From Thecamonas trahens ATCC 50062 (taxonomy: Eukaryota; Protista; Apusomonadida): a stretch of DNA of 64,000 nt. The notes under the pieces were generated by a model. That model worked only from the letters and a program-made list of their open reading frames with translations, did not search any database and was not told the origin of the DNA. Both the position numbers and the translations under genes were made by a program. The DNA lies in assembly GCF_000142905.1 (NCBI RefSeq), contig NW_013657637.1:1-64000 (forward strand), given 5' to 3'. This document shows positions 1-10,117 of the stretch, piece by piece (the stretch's first letter is position 1; each line of letters opens with the position of its first letter).

Positions 1-3000
1 TGCCGCTTCTTCTTCTCCCGCTCGACAGCCTCGCCCACGCTCGCATGCAGCGCCTCGAGCTCGGCCTGCTTGCCTGATAGCTCGCCGAGCACAGCGACCC
101 GCTTTTCCTTCTCCTGGGTGTACTTGACCACGAGCTTCTCGGCCTTGGCCTGAAGCGCGTCGAATAGTTCGGCCTTGGCCCCAAGCTCCTCCAGCGACTC
201 GGCAAACTTGGCCTTGAGCGCCGCCCGCTTGGCCTTGGCCTGCCCGACTCTGTCCAGCAGCGCGTCCTTGACCGCGCGCAGCTCCGCAATCTCCGCCGCG
301 TCGGCATCTGCCGCTGCAGCGGCGGCCTTCAGCGCTGACCGATACTCGTCAAGTCGAGCCTGCATCTGGGCGTCCCCGCTCGCCATCCCAGCCTCCAACT
401 GGCTAACGCGCGCGTTACTCTCCTCCAGAGCTGCAGTCTGCCGCACAATTTGCGCCCTCAGCAAGTCAACCTCGCGCTGTGCATCGCGGACACTGCCCAG
501 AGCCTCGGCCCGGGCTTTTTCGGCGGCCTCGGTGGCAGCCGCTGCATCGGCTTGCGCCGCTGCTAACGTGGCTTCGGCTGCCTCTGCCCGCTCCCCGGCT
601 GCCTTGGCTTCAGCCTTGGCGCCGGCCACCTGCACCATCGCTGTTTTGGCCTGTGACTCGAGGGTCGACACCTGCGACTCGAGCAGCGACGAGGCCTTCA
701 TGCTCGCCTCTCGGCGTGCTTGCTCGGCTGCGCACTGTGCACGTGATTCGTCCAGAGCGTACACCAGCTCCTCCACCTTGCGCCGGCTCCTATCCAGCAA
801 CTCTGTCTCCTTGACCTCGCTCCGCTCTTTCCCCCGCCGCAACGCCTCCTCCAGCTCGTAAATCCGTCGCTGACTCGCTTGATACACGTCCTTCAGCGCC
901 AGCCGCTTTGACTTTTCGGTCTGCGCCTGCGCCTGCAGATCGGCCGCGGCTGCCAGCTCCTCCTTGGCTCTCGCCAGCTTCTCGGCCGTCCGCCGTGTCG
1001 CCTTTTCCAGGCTCACAATCTCGGCATCCTTCTTGCGTAGGATCTCCTCGAGTGCAAGCGCGTTCTCGTGCGAAGCGTTCATCGACGCCACTTGGCTCTC
1101 GAGTCGGACAACCTCGGCGTCTACCGCCGCCCTCTCGGCACGCTCGAACTCTAGCGCCTCCTTGGTAGCCGCCAGCTGAGCCTCGCACGTGCGGATCTTC
1201 TCGGACAGCGCCGTGGCTTCACTTGCCTCAGAAAATGTCTTGGCTGCCAGTGCCTGCGCCGATGTTCGAGTCTCCTGCCGCGCCCGCTCCGTCGCCTGGT
1301 TGGCCTCGGTCAACGCCACTCGCGCTGACTGCAGCTTGACATCAAGCTCCCTGTTCGCCGCCAGCAGCTCCTGGATCCGCGCTTTGCTCTCGGCAGCTGC
1401 TGCTGCTTCCGCCCGCGCGGCCGCCACAGCCGCCACAAGACCTTCGATCTTGCCCTCGGCAGCCGCCAGCTTCTCGGCAGTCACCCGCGTCTCGCTCTGC
1501 TCCTTGGCTGCTGCTGCTTCCGCCCGCGCGGCCGCCACAGCCGCCACAAGACCTTCGATCTTGCCCTCGGCAGCTGCCAGCTTCTCGGCAGTCACCCCCA
1601 GCTGGGTCGCCGCCGCTCCGGCCTCACCTTGTGCCCTGGCCGCCAATGACTTCCACTCTTCGATCTCGGCGGCTGCGCTCTCCAACTCACCAGCCGCACT
1701 CGCAGCCTGCGTCTTGGCATCCGCCGCCGCAGCCCGGGCTTCTCCTTCGCTCTGGCGCGCCGCAGCCAGCTTTTCCTTCAGCGCCGCCATTTCCGCGTCT
1801 AATGCGCCTCTCTCACCGCTCGTCCTAGCTGAGCTTGCATCGCTAGCAGCGGCAGCATCAAGCTCTGCGCGCGCTGCCGCAAGCTCGGCGGCAACAGCCT
1901 TTTTCTCGGCCTCAAGCCGAGACGACTCGTCGAGTGCAGCCTGTGCCTCCTTAACCGCCGCTGCCCGCTTCGCCTTGGACTTTTCCAGCTTAGCCTCGGC
2001 CCTGCCGTGCGCTGCCTGCCATTGTGCAATCTGCTCACGCGCGCTTGTGAGCTCGGCCTCCAGCTTCGCGACCGCCTCGGCTCCTACGCTGACGTTTTCT
2101 CCGCTGAGCGCCGGTAGCGTGCCTGACTCGGCCGCACCGCCAGTCGCCGGCAGCGCCTCCAGCTGGGCGGTGAGCGACGCAACTTTCGATTTGAGCTTGT
2201 CCGCCTTGATCTGCTCCGACTCGAGCTGGACCTGCAAATCGTCGACGGTGGCAGTGGCATCGGCCAGCTCGTCCGTGAGCCGGCCCTTGACGTCAGCCAG
2301 CTTGCGTTTGGTCGCTGAGAGCTCGGTCTTGGTCTTTTCAAACTCAGCAAGGTTGTCCATGAGCGAGTGGTTGAGCTCGCGGAGCTCGTCCGCGGTCATC
2401 GCGGCAAGGTTGCCATCCGAGCTGGTGCTTCGTCCGCTCCCCCCCTTGAGCGCGTCAATCTGAGCTTGCAACCCTTCCACAATGGTCTCAAACGCCTCTT
2501 CCTTTCTCGCCAGCTGCTCACGCTCGGCAGCCACCGCGGCCTCGTTGGCCTTGACCTTGGCCGTCATGTCAGCAGCAGCCGCTGTCGCAGCAGCCGCTTC
2601 TGCCTTGGCCTGCTTCTCGGCATCCTTGGCTGCCGCAATGTCGGCCACAAGCTGTGCGTTCTCGGCCGCCGCAGCCTTGAGCTTGTTGCCCATCACGTCA
2701 GAGTACGACTCACCGAGCGCTGCGAGCTCGTCAGCCACGGCCTCGCCGCGCCCTCCGCTGCCAAGCGACGATGTCCGTCCGGGCGCGTGCCCAAGCTCGT
2801 CCTCGAGATCGCTAATCTTACGCGCGAGTGCGCTGCGCTCGGACTGGAGCTTCTCGGCCTCACGCTTGGCACTCGATGCCGCAGCCACGGCGTCCTTCAC
2901 CTGTGCCTTGAGCTTGGAGACGACATCGCGGTCAGCTGCCAGCTCGGCGTGGGCACGGCGCTCGGCCTCGAGCTCGGCTTGCACATCCAGTACCGCCTGC

Positions 3001-4646
3001 TGCGCGCTAGCCAGCTCCTCCTGCAGCGACGCCATTGACCGCAGCGTTGCCCGCTTCCACTGCTGCAGCTCAGCGAGCTGCTTGGTAGCCTCGCTGGTCG
3101 ACGCGCCCGACGCCGACGCCGAGCTCTCCAGTGCGGCGACCTGGTCGGCGAGCTCGTTCTGGCGGGCAACCGCGGCGTCGGCGCGGGCCTTTTCGTGGGC
3201 AAGTTCCTCTCGCATAGCCGCTTGGCTCTGCACCAGGGCCTGCATGTCAGCCAGCTCGGTCGCCCGCTCCTCGGCGGTCGTCCGCAGCTGCGCGTAGTCG
3301 GCCGCGGCCTTGGCCTGGCTCGCGGTGAGCGACTCAACCTGCGACTCGAGCGCCATAATCCGATCCATGGCCGCGTCAGAAAATGTTTCCAGAACACCTA
3401 CGTCATTTGCGGCCTGGCTCGGGTGCGGCTTCCCGCCGCGTCCCATTCGCGGTGTTGGAGGCGCCGAGCTAGCCAGAAGCGGCGTCGCGGCAGCAGCCAC
3501 ATGCCAAACGTCGAGAATCGAGAACCACCCCGGCGCAACCGAGAATCCGGCCTGGGCCGCGCCCCGCAGCGCGCCACGTGACAGATCGGTCCCAGCTGCC
3601 GCAAAAATGGCCTTGAGCGCATCGAGCGGCACAAGGCCGTGGGCGGCCATCGCTTCGGGCTCGCCAGCCGCGGCGGCCGCAGCCGCCACCTCCTCGGCCG
3701 CGGCACGAGTCGCTGCGTCAAGGTCCCGGACTGGCACTGCGACATGCGCAAACGCGCCCTCGAGTGCCGATCGGACATGGACGTCTGCACTTGCCACGTT
3801 GGTCGCCACAATGCGGAGCTGCGCAGCGCGGGCGTCGACCGCCGACCGCGCCGAGGCGAGCTTGTCCAGGAAGAGTGGGCCGACGCCGGCAACAAACTCG
3901 TCAAGCGAGATGAGGCCGTTGCCGTCTTCGTCGATGTGAGCCATGAGCGCCTCCAGCTGCTCCATGTCAAGGAGGGCGTCAAACGCGGTTCGCATCCCGG
4001 CCTGCAGCTCGTGGATGTCCACCTCTCCGGAGCCGTCCTCGTCCATGCTCTCGAAGAGCGCACAGAGCTCATTGTAATGCTCATCGCTCATCTCCGGATG
4101 ATCCTTCTTTTCACGGTTGCCCGACTTGCTCCGCTTGGCCACTACCAGCGGCGCGAGCGTGGCAAGAAAGACGGCCTCGGACATGTGCGCGTCGGGCGCA
4201 CCAACAGCGGCCACAAAGATGGACTCGACCGTCTCCGAGTCTGCTGGTAGCTCCATCTGTCGCAGCAGGACCGCAAACTCGTCGCAATCGACACTGCCAG
4301 AGCCATCCACGTCGATAGCGTGGAAGACCTGGATGAGGTGGGCGATCTCGTCCGAGCTTAGCGCGTTGTCGGTCTCGGAAGCCGCCGTCTCGGCATGCTG
4401 CGCCGCAAGCTGGAGCAGAAACGGGCCCAGTCCCGCCACAAACTCATCAAAGTCAACACTACCTGAGCCATCGGCATCAATAGCCGCCATCAACGCCTTC
4501 AAGTCGTCGCCACTCAGCGGATGGCCGAACAATGCCATGGCTGCGCCGAGCTCGTCATGCTCGAGAGTCCCGGACCCATCGTTGTCCAGCTGCTTGAAGA
4601 TGTCCTTCAGCCGCGCCACGTCCTCGGCACTCACTACCTCTGCCAT
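1..4646 (-). CDS. Multi-EF-hand (calmodulin-like) protein with very long Ala/Glu-rich coiled-coil tail; 3' end beyond window
   Basis: Not in ORF track (no stop in window). ATG at 4646 reads MAEVVSAEDVARLKDIFKQLDNDGSGTLEHDEL, then EF loops IDADGSGSVDFDEF, IDVDGSGSVDCDEF, MDEDGSGEVDIHEL, IDEDGNGLISLDEF. The same frame at positions 3-60 reads heptad-like ...ELEALHASVGEAVEREKKKR. The long Ser/Ala + strand ORFs are its antisense shadows. Confidence 0.88.
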   Translation of the reverse strand, partial: MAEVVSAEDVARLKDIFKQLDNDGSGTLEHDELGAAMALFGHPLSGDDLKALMAAIDADGSGSVDFDEFVAGLGPFLLQLAAQHAETAASETDNALSSDEIAHLIQVFHAIDVDGSGSVDCDEFAVLLRQMELPADSETVESIFVAAVGAPDAHMSEAVFLATLAPLVVAKRSKSGNREKKDHPEMSDEHYNELCALFESMDEDGSGEVDIHELQAGMRTAFDALLDMEQLEALMAHIDEDGNGLISLDEFVAGVGPLFLDKLASARSAVDARAAQLRIVATNVASADVHVRSALEGAFAHVAVPVRDLDAATRAAAEEVAAAAAAAGEPEAMAAHGLVPLDALKAIFAAAGTDLSRGALRGAAQAGFSVAPGWFSILDVWHVAAAATPLLASSAPPTPRMGRGGKPHPSQAANDVGVLETFSDAAMDRIMALESQVESLTASQAKAAADYAQLRTTAEERATELADMQALVQSQAAMREELAHEKARADAAVARQNELADQVAALESSASASGASTSEATKQLAELQQWKRATLRSMASLQEELASAQQAVLDVQAELEAERRAHAELAADRDVVSKLKAQVKDAVAAASSAKREAEKLQSERSALARKISDLEDELGHAPGRTSSLGSGGRGEAVADELAALGESYSDVMGNKLKAAAAENAQLVADIAAAKDAEKQAKAEAAAATAAAADMTAKVKANEAAVAAEREQLARKEEAFETIVEGLQAQIDALKGGSGRSTSSDGNLAAMTADELRELNHSLMDNLAEFEKTKTELSATKRKLADVKGRLTDELADATATVDDLQVQLESEQIKADKLKSKVASLTAQLEALPATGGAAESGTLPALSGENVSVGAEAVAKLEAELTSAREQIAQWQAAHGRAEAKLEKSKAKRAAAVKEAQAALDESSRLEAEKKAVAAELAAARAELDAAAASDASSARTSGERGALDAEMAALKEKLAAARQSEGEARAAAADAKTQAASAAGELESAAAEIEEWKSLAARAQGEAGAAATQLGVTAEKLAAAEGKIEGLVAAVAAARAEAAAAKEQSETRVTAEKLAAAEGKIEGLVAAVAAARAEAAAAAESKARIQELLAANRELDVKLQSARVALTEANQATERARQETRTSAQALAAKTFSEASEATALSEKIRTCEAQLAATKEALEFERAERAAVDAEVVRLESQVASMNASHENALALEEILRKKDAEIVSLEKATRRTAEKLARAKEELAAAADLQAQAQTEKSKRLALKDVYQASQRRIYELEEALRRGKERSEVKETELLDRSRRKVEELVYALDESRAQCAAEQARREASMKASSLLESQVSTLESQAKTAMVQVAGAKAEAKAAGERAEAAEATLAAAQADAAAATEAAEKARAEALGSVRDAQREVDLLRAQIVRQTAALEESNARVSQLEAGMASGDAQMQARLDEYRSALKAAAAAADADAAEIAELRAVKDALLDRVGQAKAKRAALKAKFAESLEELGAKAELFDALQAKAEKLVVKYTQEKEKRVAVLGELSGKQAELEALHASVGEAVEREKKKR
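1396..1596. repeat. ~111-bp in-frame tandem duplication inside the coiled-coil gene
   Basis: GCTGCTGCTTCCGCCCGCGCGGCCGCCACAGCCGCCACAAGACCTTCGATCTTGCCCTCGGCAGC(C/T)GCCAGCTTCTCGGCAGTCACC occurs at ~1399 and ~1510. Confidence 0.85.
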
Positions 4647-5282
4647 GCCTATACGCCCTCTGCCTTGTCGCCTACTCACAGAGCCGTGTTGCCTCCGTCT
4701 CCAGCCTGGGCCTGAGAACAAACTGCAACAACTCCACGTCTCGCCCAAGCGAACGTGGTCGGAACCGACTCGGCGTGGGTGAGTCGACGGCTTCGTCGGA
4801 GAAATATATTTTTTGGAAGCGAGCAGAACCGCGAGGCGGCTCTTGGTTGGTGGGCTTTCGCTCCCATGACGATCTGTGCAAGGCAAGACAAGGTTATGGC
4901 TGGCTTGGTTGGCTGGTCTCATCGAGCTACACTCGCTTTGATCGCGTTGCACCCGCTGCTGGCAACGTTGACAACGCCGCGCTGGCAGCTCGAACTGTCA
5001 CGGCGTCAACTCCTGCACCGGTCACGCCTCTACAACGAACACAGAAGCTACGATGAGCGATCACGTGAGACGAGCAGTATCCGCAAATGCAAATAAGAGA
5101 TGTGCACTGCCCACAGCGCCCTTTTCCGTCGTTCACAACGTGCTCCAAGTCTCACTTGCCAGCTCAACTGCACTTGACCCAGTCGTCTGATCATGTATTC
5201 TCGGACTCCTCTTGCGGGCCCCACTCCCGGTCATGGGCTTCACCGACTCGAGTCAGCCGCTATCACTTGACTCCGCCTCCCC

Positions 5283-6701
5283 ATGGCGAGCGCGTATCTT
5301 CTTGCACTTCCTGATGAAGTGCTTCTGCATGTGGTGGTGGCCGCGGTGGCGGATGGCGGTGCAGCAGCGCAGGCTGCGGTCCAGAGCACCTGCCGCCGGT
5401 TGCGACGGATCGGCGACGATGTGGCGGTGTGGCGGGCGCTGGTGAGCCGAGGCGGGGCTGGCGGGGCATGGCCTGCATCGGGGAGTCTTGCCGATCGACG
5501 GATGTTGTTGCGGCGTAGGCAGGGTGGGGCGGATGATGCCGGCATTCTGACCGTGGTGGCGTGGAAGGCTGTGGCGCTCTCAAGGCTGCCGAGCTGGTGG
5601 GCGGTACGGGAGGCGCGCTGGCGAGGACAATGGTCGCTAGAGTGGCGCCCGGCTACGGTGGCGGTGGCGGCGTGCGCTCTCATGGTCTCGCCGGCCTACA
5701 ACGGCCAGTCACGCCGTCTCGACCGCGCCACCGATCGGCTCATGCTCGTCGCCGCGCCCATCCTCGCTGCCGCTACCGCTGAAGAGGTGGCCGAAGACGT
5801 GGTGGCGCCGGTCGTGGCGATGACCGACGCCATGAAGGAGACCGTACCCGGTGCTCGCTCCCGTCGCAGCTGCTGGGGGTATCTGAACAGCCTCGGCCCG
5901 CTCGGCCACCTGCTCCGGTGCGGCGTCATGACCTTGCCGGGCGAGTCTTGGCGGGCCGAGGTCGCGCGGCAGGTGGCCCACGTCTCTGACGCGCTGGCAC
6001 ATGCCGGTATGGCCGGCTTCATCCCGCTCCGCGACCTCACTCTGGCGCAGCTTGATGTTCTTGGGGAGCTTTGCACTGCTGCAGTCGCTGCTTTTCGCAT
6101 CGAGATGCTCCCGCCGGCCGCCGGCCCTGTCTTCCGCCGTCTCGTCCGCGACCTTCGCGCTCGCCTCGGGCCTCCGGACGGGCCGGAACTGGTAATGCTG
6201 GACCCGGCCGAGCGTCTGGTGCTGGGCGTAGTCATGCAGGCTTTTACTGGCCACGCACATGCGGTGTATCTCGATGCCGACGATCTACCCAACGTCAATC
6301 GCGCCGGCCATCTTGTTCTCCAGACCCTCCAGAACGCTGGCAATCTGATACTGGCGCCCACGTCGAGCGCACCGCTCGAATACCTCAACTCATGGCTCCC
6401 TGCCATGCACGCGCACCTAGTGCATGAGATCCACCGACTCCTTGCTCCTCCTGGTGGCAGCACCAGTCTATCTCCCTCTACTGCCGCAGCTGCCGCAGAC
6501 TCGGACTCGGACGCCGACTCGGACGCCGAGTTCACTGCCCTCGCGCACCACTCTGCCAAGGAAGAACTGGAGGTGCTGATCATGGGTGCGATGGATCCGC
6601 TCGCCGCCGCCATTGCCATCCGCCTCGACAGTCATCATCCAAATGCCGCGGCGGTCCTTGTCGCCGACATGGCCCGGCTCTGCCCAGATCGCCTCGCCTG
6701 A
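5283..6701 (+). CDS. F-box-like protein
   Basis: 472 aa ORF; N-terminal LLALPDEVLLHVV...VQSTCRRLRRIGDDVAVWRAL matches the F-box consensus; remainder unrecognised. Confidence 0.75.
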   Translation: MASAYLLALPDEVLLHVVVAAVADGGAAAQAAVQSTCRRLRRIGDDVAVWRALVSRGGAGGAWPASGSLADRRMLLRRRQGGADDAGILTVVAWKAVALSRLPSWWAVREARWRGQWSLEWRPATVAVAACALMVSPAYNGQSRRLDRATDRLMLVAAPILAAATAEEVAEDVVAPVVAMTDAMKETVPGARSRRSCWGYLNSLGPLGHLLRCGVMTLPGESWRAEVARQVAHVSDALAHAGMAGFIPLRDLTLAQLDVLGELCTAAVAAFRIEMLPPAAGPVFRRLVRDLRARLGPPDGPELVMLDPAERLVLGVVMQAFTGHAHAVYLDADDLPNVNRAGHLVLQTLQNAGNLILAPTSSAPLEYLNSWLPAMHAHLVHEIHRLLAPPGGSTSLSPSTAAAAADSDSDADSDAEFTALAHHSAKEELEVLIMGAMDPLAAAIAIRLDSHHPNAAAVLVADMARLCPDRLA

Positions 6702-6795
6702 CTCTTGCTCGCCTCCGCCCGCCGCTCGCCGCTCCCGCTCCCGCTCCCACCGCTCGCCTCCCACCGCCCCCCGTTCCCACCTCTCCCACACCAAC

Positions 6796-7574
6796 ATGCT
6801 TACGGCCGAGACTCAGAACTGGAACCACGGCGTCGCCCTTGCCGTTGCTGTGGTGGCACAGCAGGTACGTTGAGCTCCACACCTGTATCAACACCCGTCT
6901 TTAACTGCACCTGCGCTTTCACGACCTTTTTTGGGGGGGTGGGGGAGGCAGGCAGGCGCAGGCGCAGACAAGAGGAAGTAACGGGCAGGTCGAGGGGAAG
7001 CACGCGCCCGCTGCACATCCATCCGCCAACCCTATCGCCGCCAATCGCGCCCGCCGTGAACCCTATCCCTGACCGCCGCCTCGGAGCTACAGACAAGGTC
7101 TTCTCTTTCCTTTTTTTTCCTCATCATCTCATCTCATCTCATCTCATCTCATTCCATTCCATTCCCCCCTCCTTCCGTACTCATCCACTCTTCTGTACCG
7201 CTTGCTGTGGCCTCGTCGATCGACTCTAGCTGCTCGGCATGACGTATTACGGGCCGATTTTCGGCAACGCGTACGTCAAGGCGCGCGGGGTGACCTGGAA
7301 GGATCTCGAAGGGCTCAACATGACCAAGGCTCTGACGCTTGCTGTCCTCTCGTCGGCTGTCTTTGCTGAAGTTGTCTCGCACATTGTGGCGTCCACGACG
7401 TCGCTGGCCGACGCGGTCCACATGGTGATCTGGCTCTGGCTCGGCGTCAACGTCACCACCATCGCCAACAAGGGCGGCTGGGACGAGGAGTCGTACACCC
7501 ACATGGCTCTCACCTGCGGCTGGATTCTTGTCCAGTACCTCACGGTTGTTCTCATCTTCCACTTTCTCGCCTAG
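6796..7574 (+). CDS. DUF1761-family small 4-TM membrane protein, copy 1; join(6796..6864,7230..7574)
   Basis: Exon 1 MLTAETQNWNHGVALAVAVVAQQ, GT..AG intron 6865-7229 (CAG|GTACGT ... TCTAG|), exon 2 LLGMTYYGPIFGNAY... resembles the DUF1761 'G.lwY.p.fG..w' motif; same structure as copy 2. Confidence 0.8.
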
Positions 7575-7692
7575 CCGCCTTGAAATGGCAGCCCACGCCT
7601 GACAATGTCAGCATAAACCACATCTTCTCTTCCCACCCCACCTCCGCACCGTGTTCGATCCCACCACTCCGCCCACACTCCACTTTCACACC

Positions 7693-8710
7693 ATGCGCAC
7701 AGCTCATAGCAGCAACGCTGCTGACTGCGGCGACAGTAGCTGCCAAGACAGACGAGTCTGCACGTGTTCTGCTCAAGTACTACGATGCCGAGCTTGGCAT
7801 TGCCAGCAACTTTGTGCTCATCAACGCTACGGGAGTAAGCAGCGTGGTGGGCAAGGCGGTGAGGAGCGGGCCGGCGCGGCCGACGACCCATGCTGTGGCC
7901 GGACACTCTGCCTACGTAGCCGACGCATCGATGGATCAGCTGCTGGTCATGCACACCTCGGCCAAGATCGGCGAGGATCCGGTGCTCGAGGTCCAGTCGA
8001 CGCTGGTGCGCTCGTCGTCGGTAGAGACGGTGACGCTGTACTCGGCCCTGATGCTCAACAAGCACTCGTTTGTCTCGCTCGCCCGATCGTGGGTGGAGGA
8101 GACGTACGTCGTCGCCCGCTCTTCCATCAGCTACCAGCAGACGCTTGTCTCGCAGCTCCCGCTCTCGCAGCCTGCCGCCAAGATCAAGTCCGTCTACGCG
8201 TTGGCGCACGACAACTCAACCTACTTTTCCTACAACGGCACCCACTTTACCGGCAACAACGTGGTGACCGGCAACGTGACGTACGTCGCGCCGTCCGCCA
8301 TCGACATGATCTCGCTCAACACTGTCCTCGACGCCGAGGGCAACGGCATGGGTTTTGCCATCTCCGACGGCGCCATCCACGTGGCGACGATCAACCCCAT
8401 GACCGGCCGTGGCCGCTACGGCGCCCGAGTCGACATTGCCTTTGCTGCCGGCGACGAGCTCATGGCGTCGTTCCCGTCCGACGCCTGCGGCACGCCGACG
8501 TCCAAGTACATCTTTGCCGCCATCGTCCCGACTGCCACCCAGCAGGTCACCATCTATGTCATCGTCCCCTCCACCGGCACCATCGTCACCACCGTCTCCC
8601 CCTCGGACCTCACCACCATTCTCGGCGTGCCGCTGACCACCACCCTCGCCCCGCTCGCCATCATCCTCCCCAAGCCGGCCACGCCCTGCCGATCGCCGGC
8701 CCATCGCTAG
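7693..8710 (+). CDS. Putative secreted beta-rich protein; ATG out of frame with its signal peptide (frameshift near 7705)
   Basis: Long frame with good codon usage begins with hydrophobic LIAATLLTAATVAAK, but the only nearby ATG (7693, MRTA) is in another frame; the ORF-track start at 7580 is a TTG. Confidence 0.6.
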
Positions 8711-8830
8711 CTCCCATCAAGCACAGCTCCAAATCGACACAAACACAGAGCCACACCATGGCCCGCCACCACCACCACCACCACCACCCACTCTCCCACA
8801 CTCACACCTCTCCCTCGCTCCCTCCCAACC

Positions 8831-9344
8831 ATGCTCACCCTTGACACACAATCCTGGTCCCACCTCGCACTCATTGGTGGCGCCGTCATCCTGCAGCAGG
8901 TACCGCCCCCCCCTCCCCTCTCCTCCCTCCCGCCACCCTCCCGCCACACCCGTCCGCTTTCACGACCTTTTTTGAAACTCACACCGTCGGTCGCCACAGA
9001 TCATGGGCATGATCTACTACGGGCCTGTCATGGGCAACGCATGGCTCAAGTCGCGGAACATGACGGCCAAGGATCTGGAAGGATGCGACCTTCGCAAGCC
9101 TATGGCCATCTCGCTCATCACCTCGGGTATCTTTGCCGAGGTTCTGTTCTTTGTCGTCGGTGCCTCGGCCGATCTCCACGCCGCTCTCACTACCGTCTTT
9201 TGGCTGTGGTTCGGCTTCAACGTCACCACTGTCTTCAACAAGGGCGGCTGGGAGGACGAGTCCTTTGCCCACATGGCCATCACCTGCGGCTGGAATCTGA
9301 TCCAGTATGTCGGCATCGTCCTCTTTTTCCACCACTTTGCCTAG
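8831..9344 (+). CDS. DUF1761-family small membrane protein, copy 2; join(8831..8899,9000..9344)
   Basis: Exon 1 MLTLDTQSWSHLALIGGAVILQQ, 100-nt GT..AG intron 8900-8999, exon 2 IMGMIYYGPVMGNAW...NKGGWEDESFAHMAITCGW; clear paralogue of copy 1 with intron after the same codon (23). Confidence 0.82.
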
Positions 9345-9474
9345 AGCACCATCCGCCCCCACCCACCCACCCACCCCGACCCCTTACCCACATCCCCCCC
9401 CCCCCCCACTACTACATCCATCACACGCCCCGCCCCGCCCGCCCGGCAAGACGCCGGCTCGTGCCCTGCAGCAA

Positions 9475-10072
9475 NNNNNNNNNNNNNNNNNNNNNNNNNN
9501 NNNNNNNNNNNNNNNNNNNNNNNNNNNNNNNNNNNNNNNNNNNNNNNNNNNNNNNNNNNNNNNNNNNNNNNNNNNNNNNNNNNNNNNNNNNNNNNNNNNN
9601 NNNNNNNNNNNNNNNNNNNNNNNNNNNNNNNNNNNNNNNNNNNNNNNNNNNNNNNNNNNNNNNNNNNNNNNNNNNNNNNNNNNNNNNNNNNNNNNNNNNN
9701 NNNNNNNNNNNNNNNNNNNNNNNNNNNNNNNNNNNNNNNNNNNNNNNNNNNNNNNNNNNNNNNNNNNNNNNNNNNNNNNNNNNNNNNNNNNNNNNNNNNN
9801 NNNNNNNNNNNNNNNNNNNNNNNNNNNNNNNNNNNNNNNNNNNNNNNNNNNNNNNNNNNNNNNNNNNNNNNNNNNNNNNNNNNNNNNNNNNNNNNNNNNN
9901 NNNNNNNNNNNNNNNNNNNNNNNNNNNNNNNNNNNNNNNNNNNNNNNNNNNNNNNNNNNNNNNNNNNNNNNNNNNNNNNNNNNNNNNNNNNNNNNNNNNN
10001 NNNNNNNNNNNNNNNNNNNNNNNNNNNNNNNNNNNNNNNNNNNNNNNNNNNNNNNNNNNNNNNNNNNNNNNN
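9475..10072. other. Assembly gap (N run)
   Basis: Run of n; probably hides CDC14 exon 1. Confidence 0.99.
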
Positions 10073-10117
10073 CCCCCCCCCCCCCCTCCACACCTCCCCC
10101 CCTCTCCCTCGATCTAG

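Noticed and set aside
175-4782. Long Ser/Ala-rich + strand ORFs
   Set aside because: Antisense shadows of the minus-strand EF-hand/coiled-coil gene; the same applies to most overlapping ORFs in this GC-rich window.
7693-7710. Programmed frameshifting as a general mechanism (7705, 61160)
   Set aside because: No shared slippery motif; draft-assembly indel errors are more parsimonious.
9307-10117. N-terminal extension of the 864-aa ORF through the Ns
   Set aside because: Artefact of translating across the gap; CDC14 homology begins at 10118.
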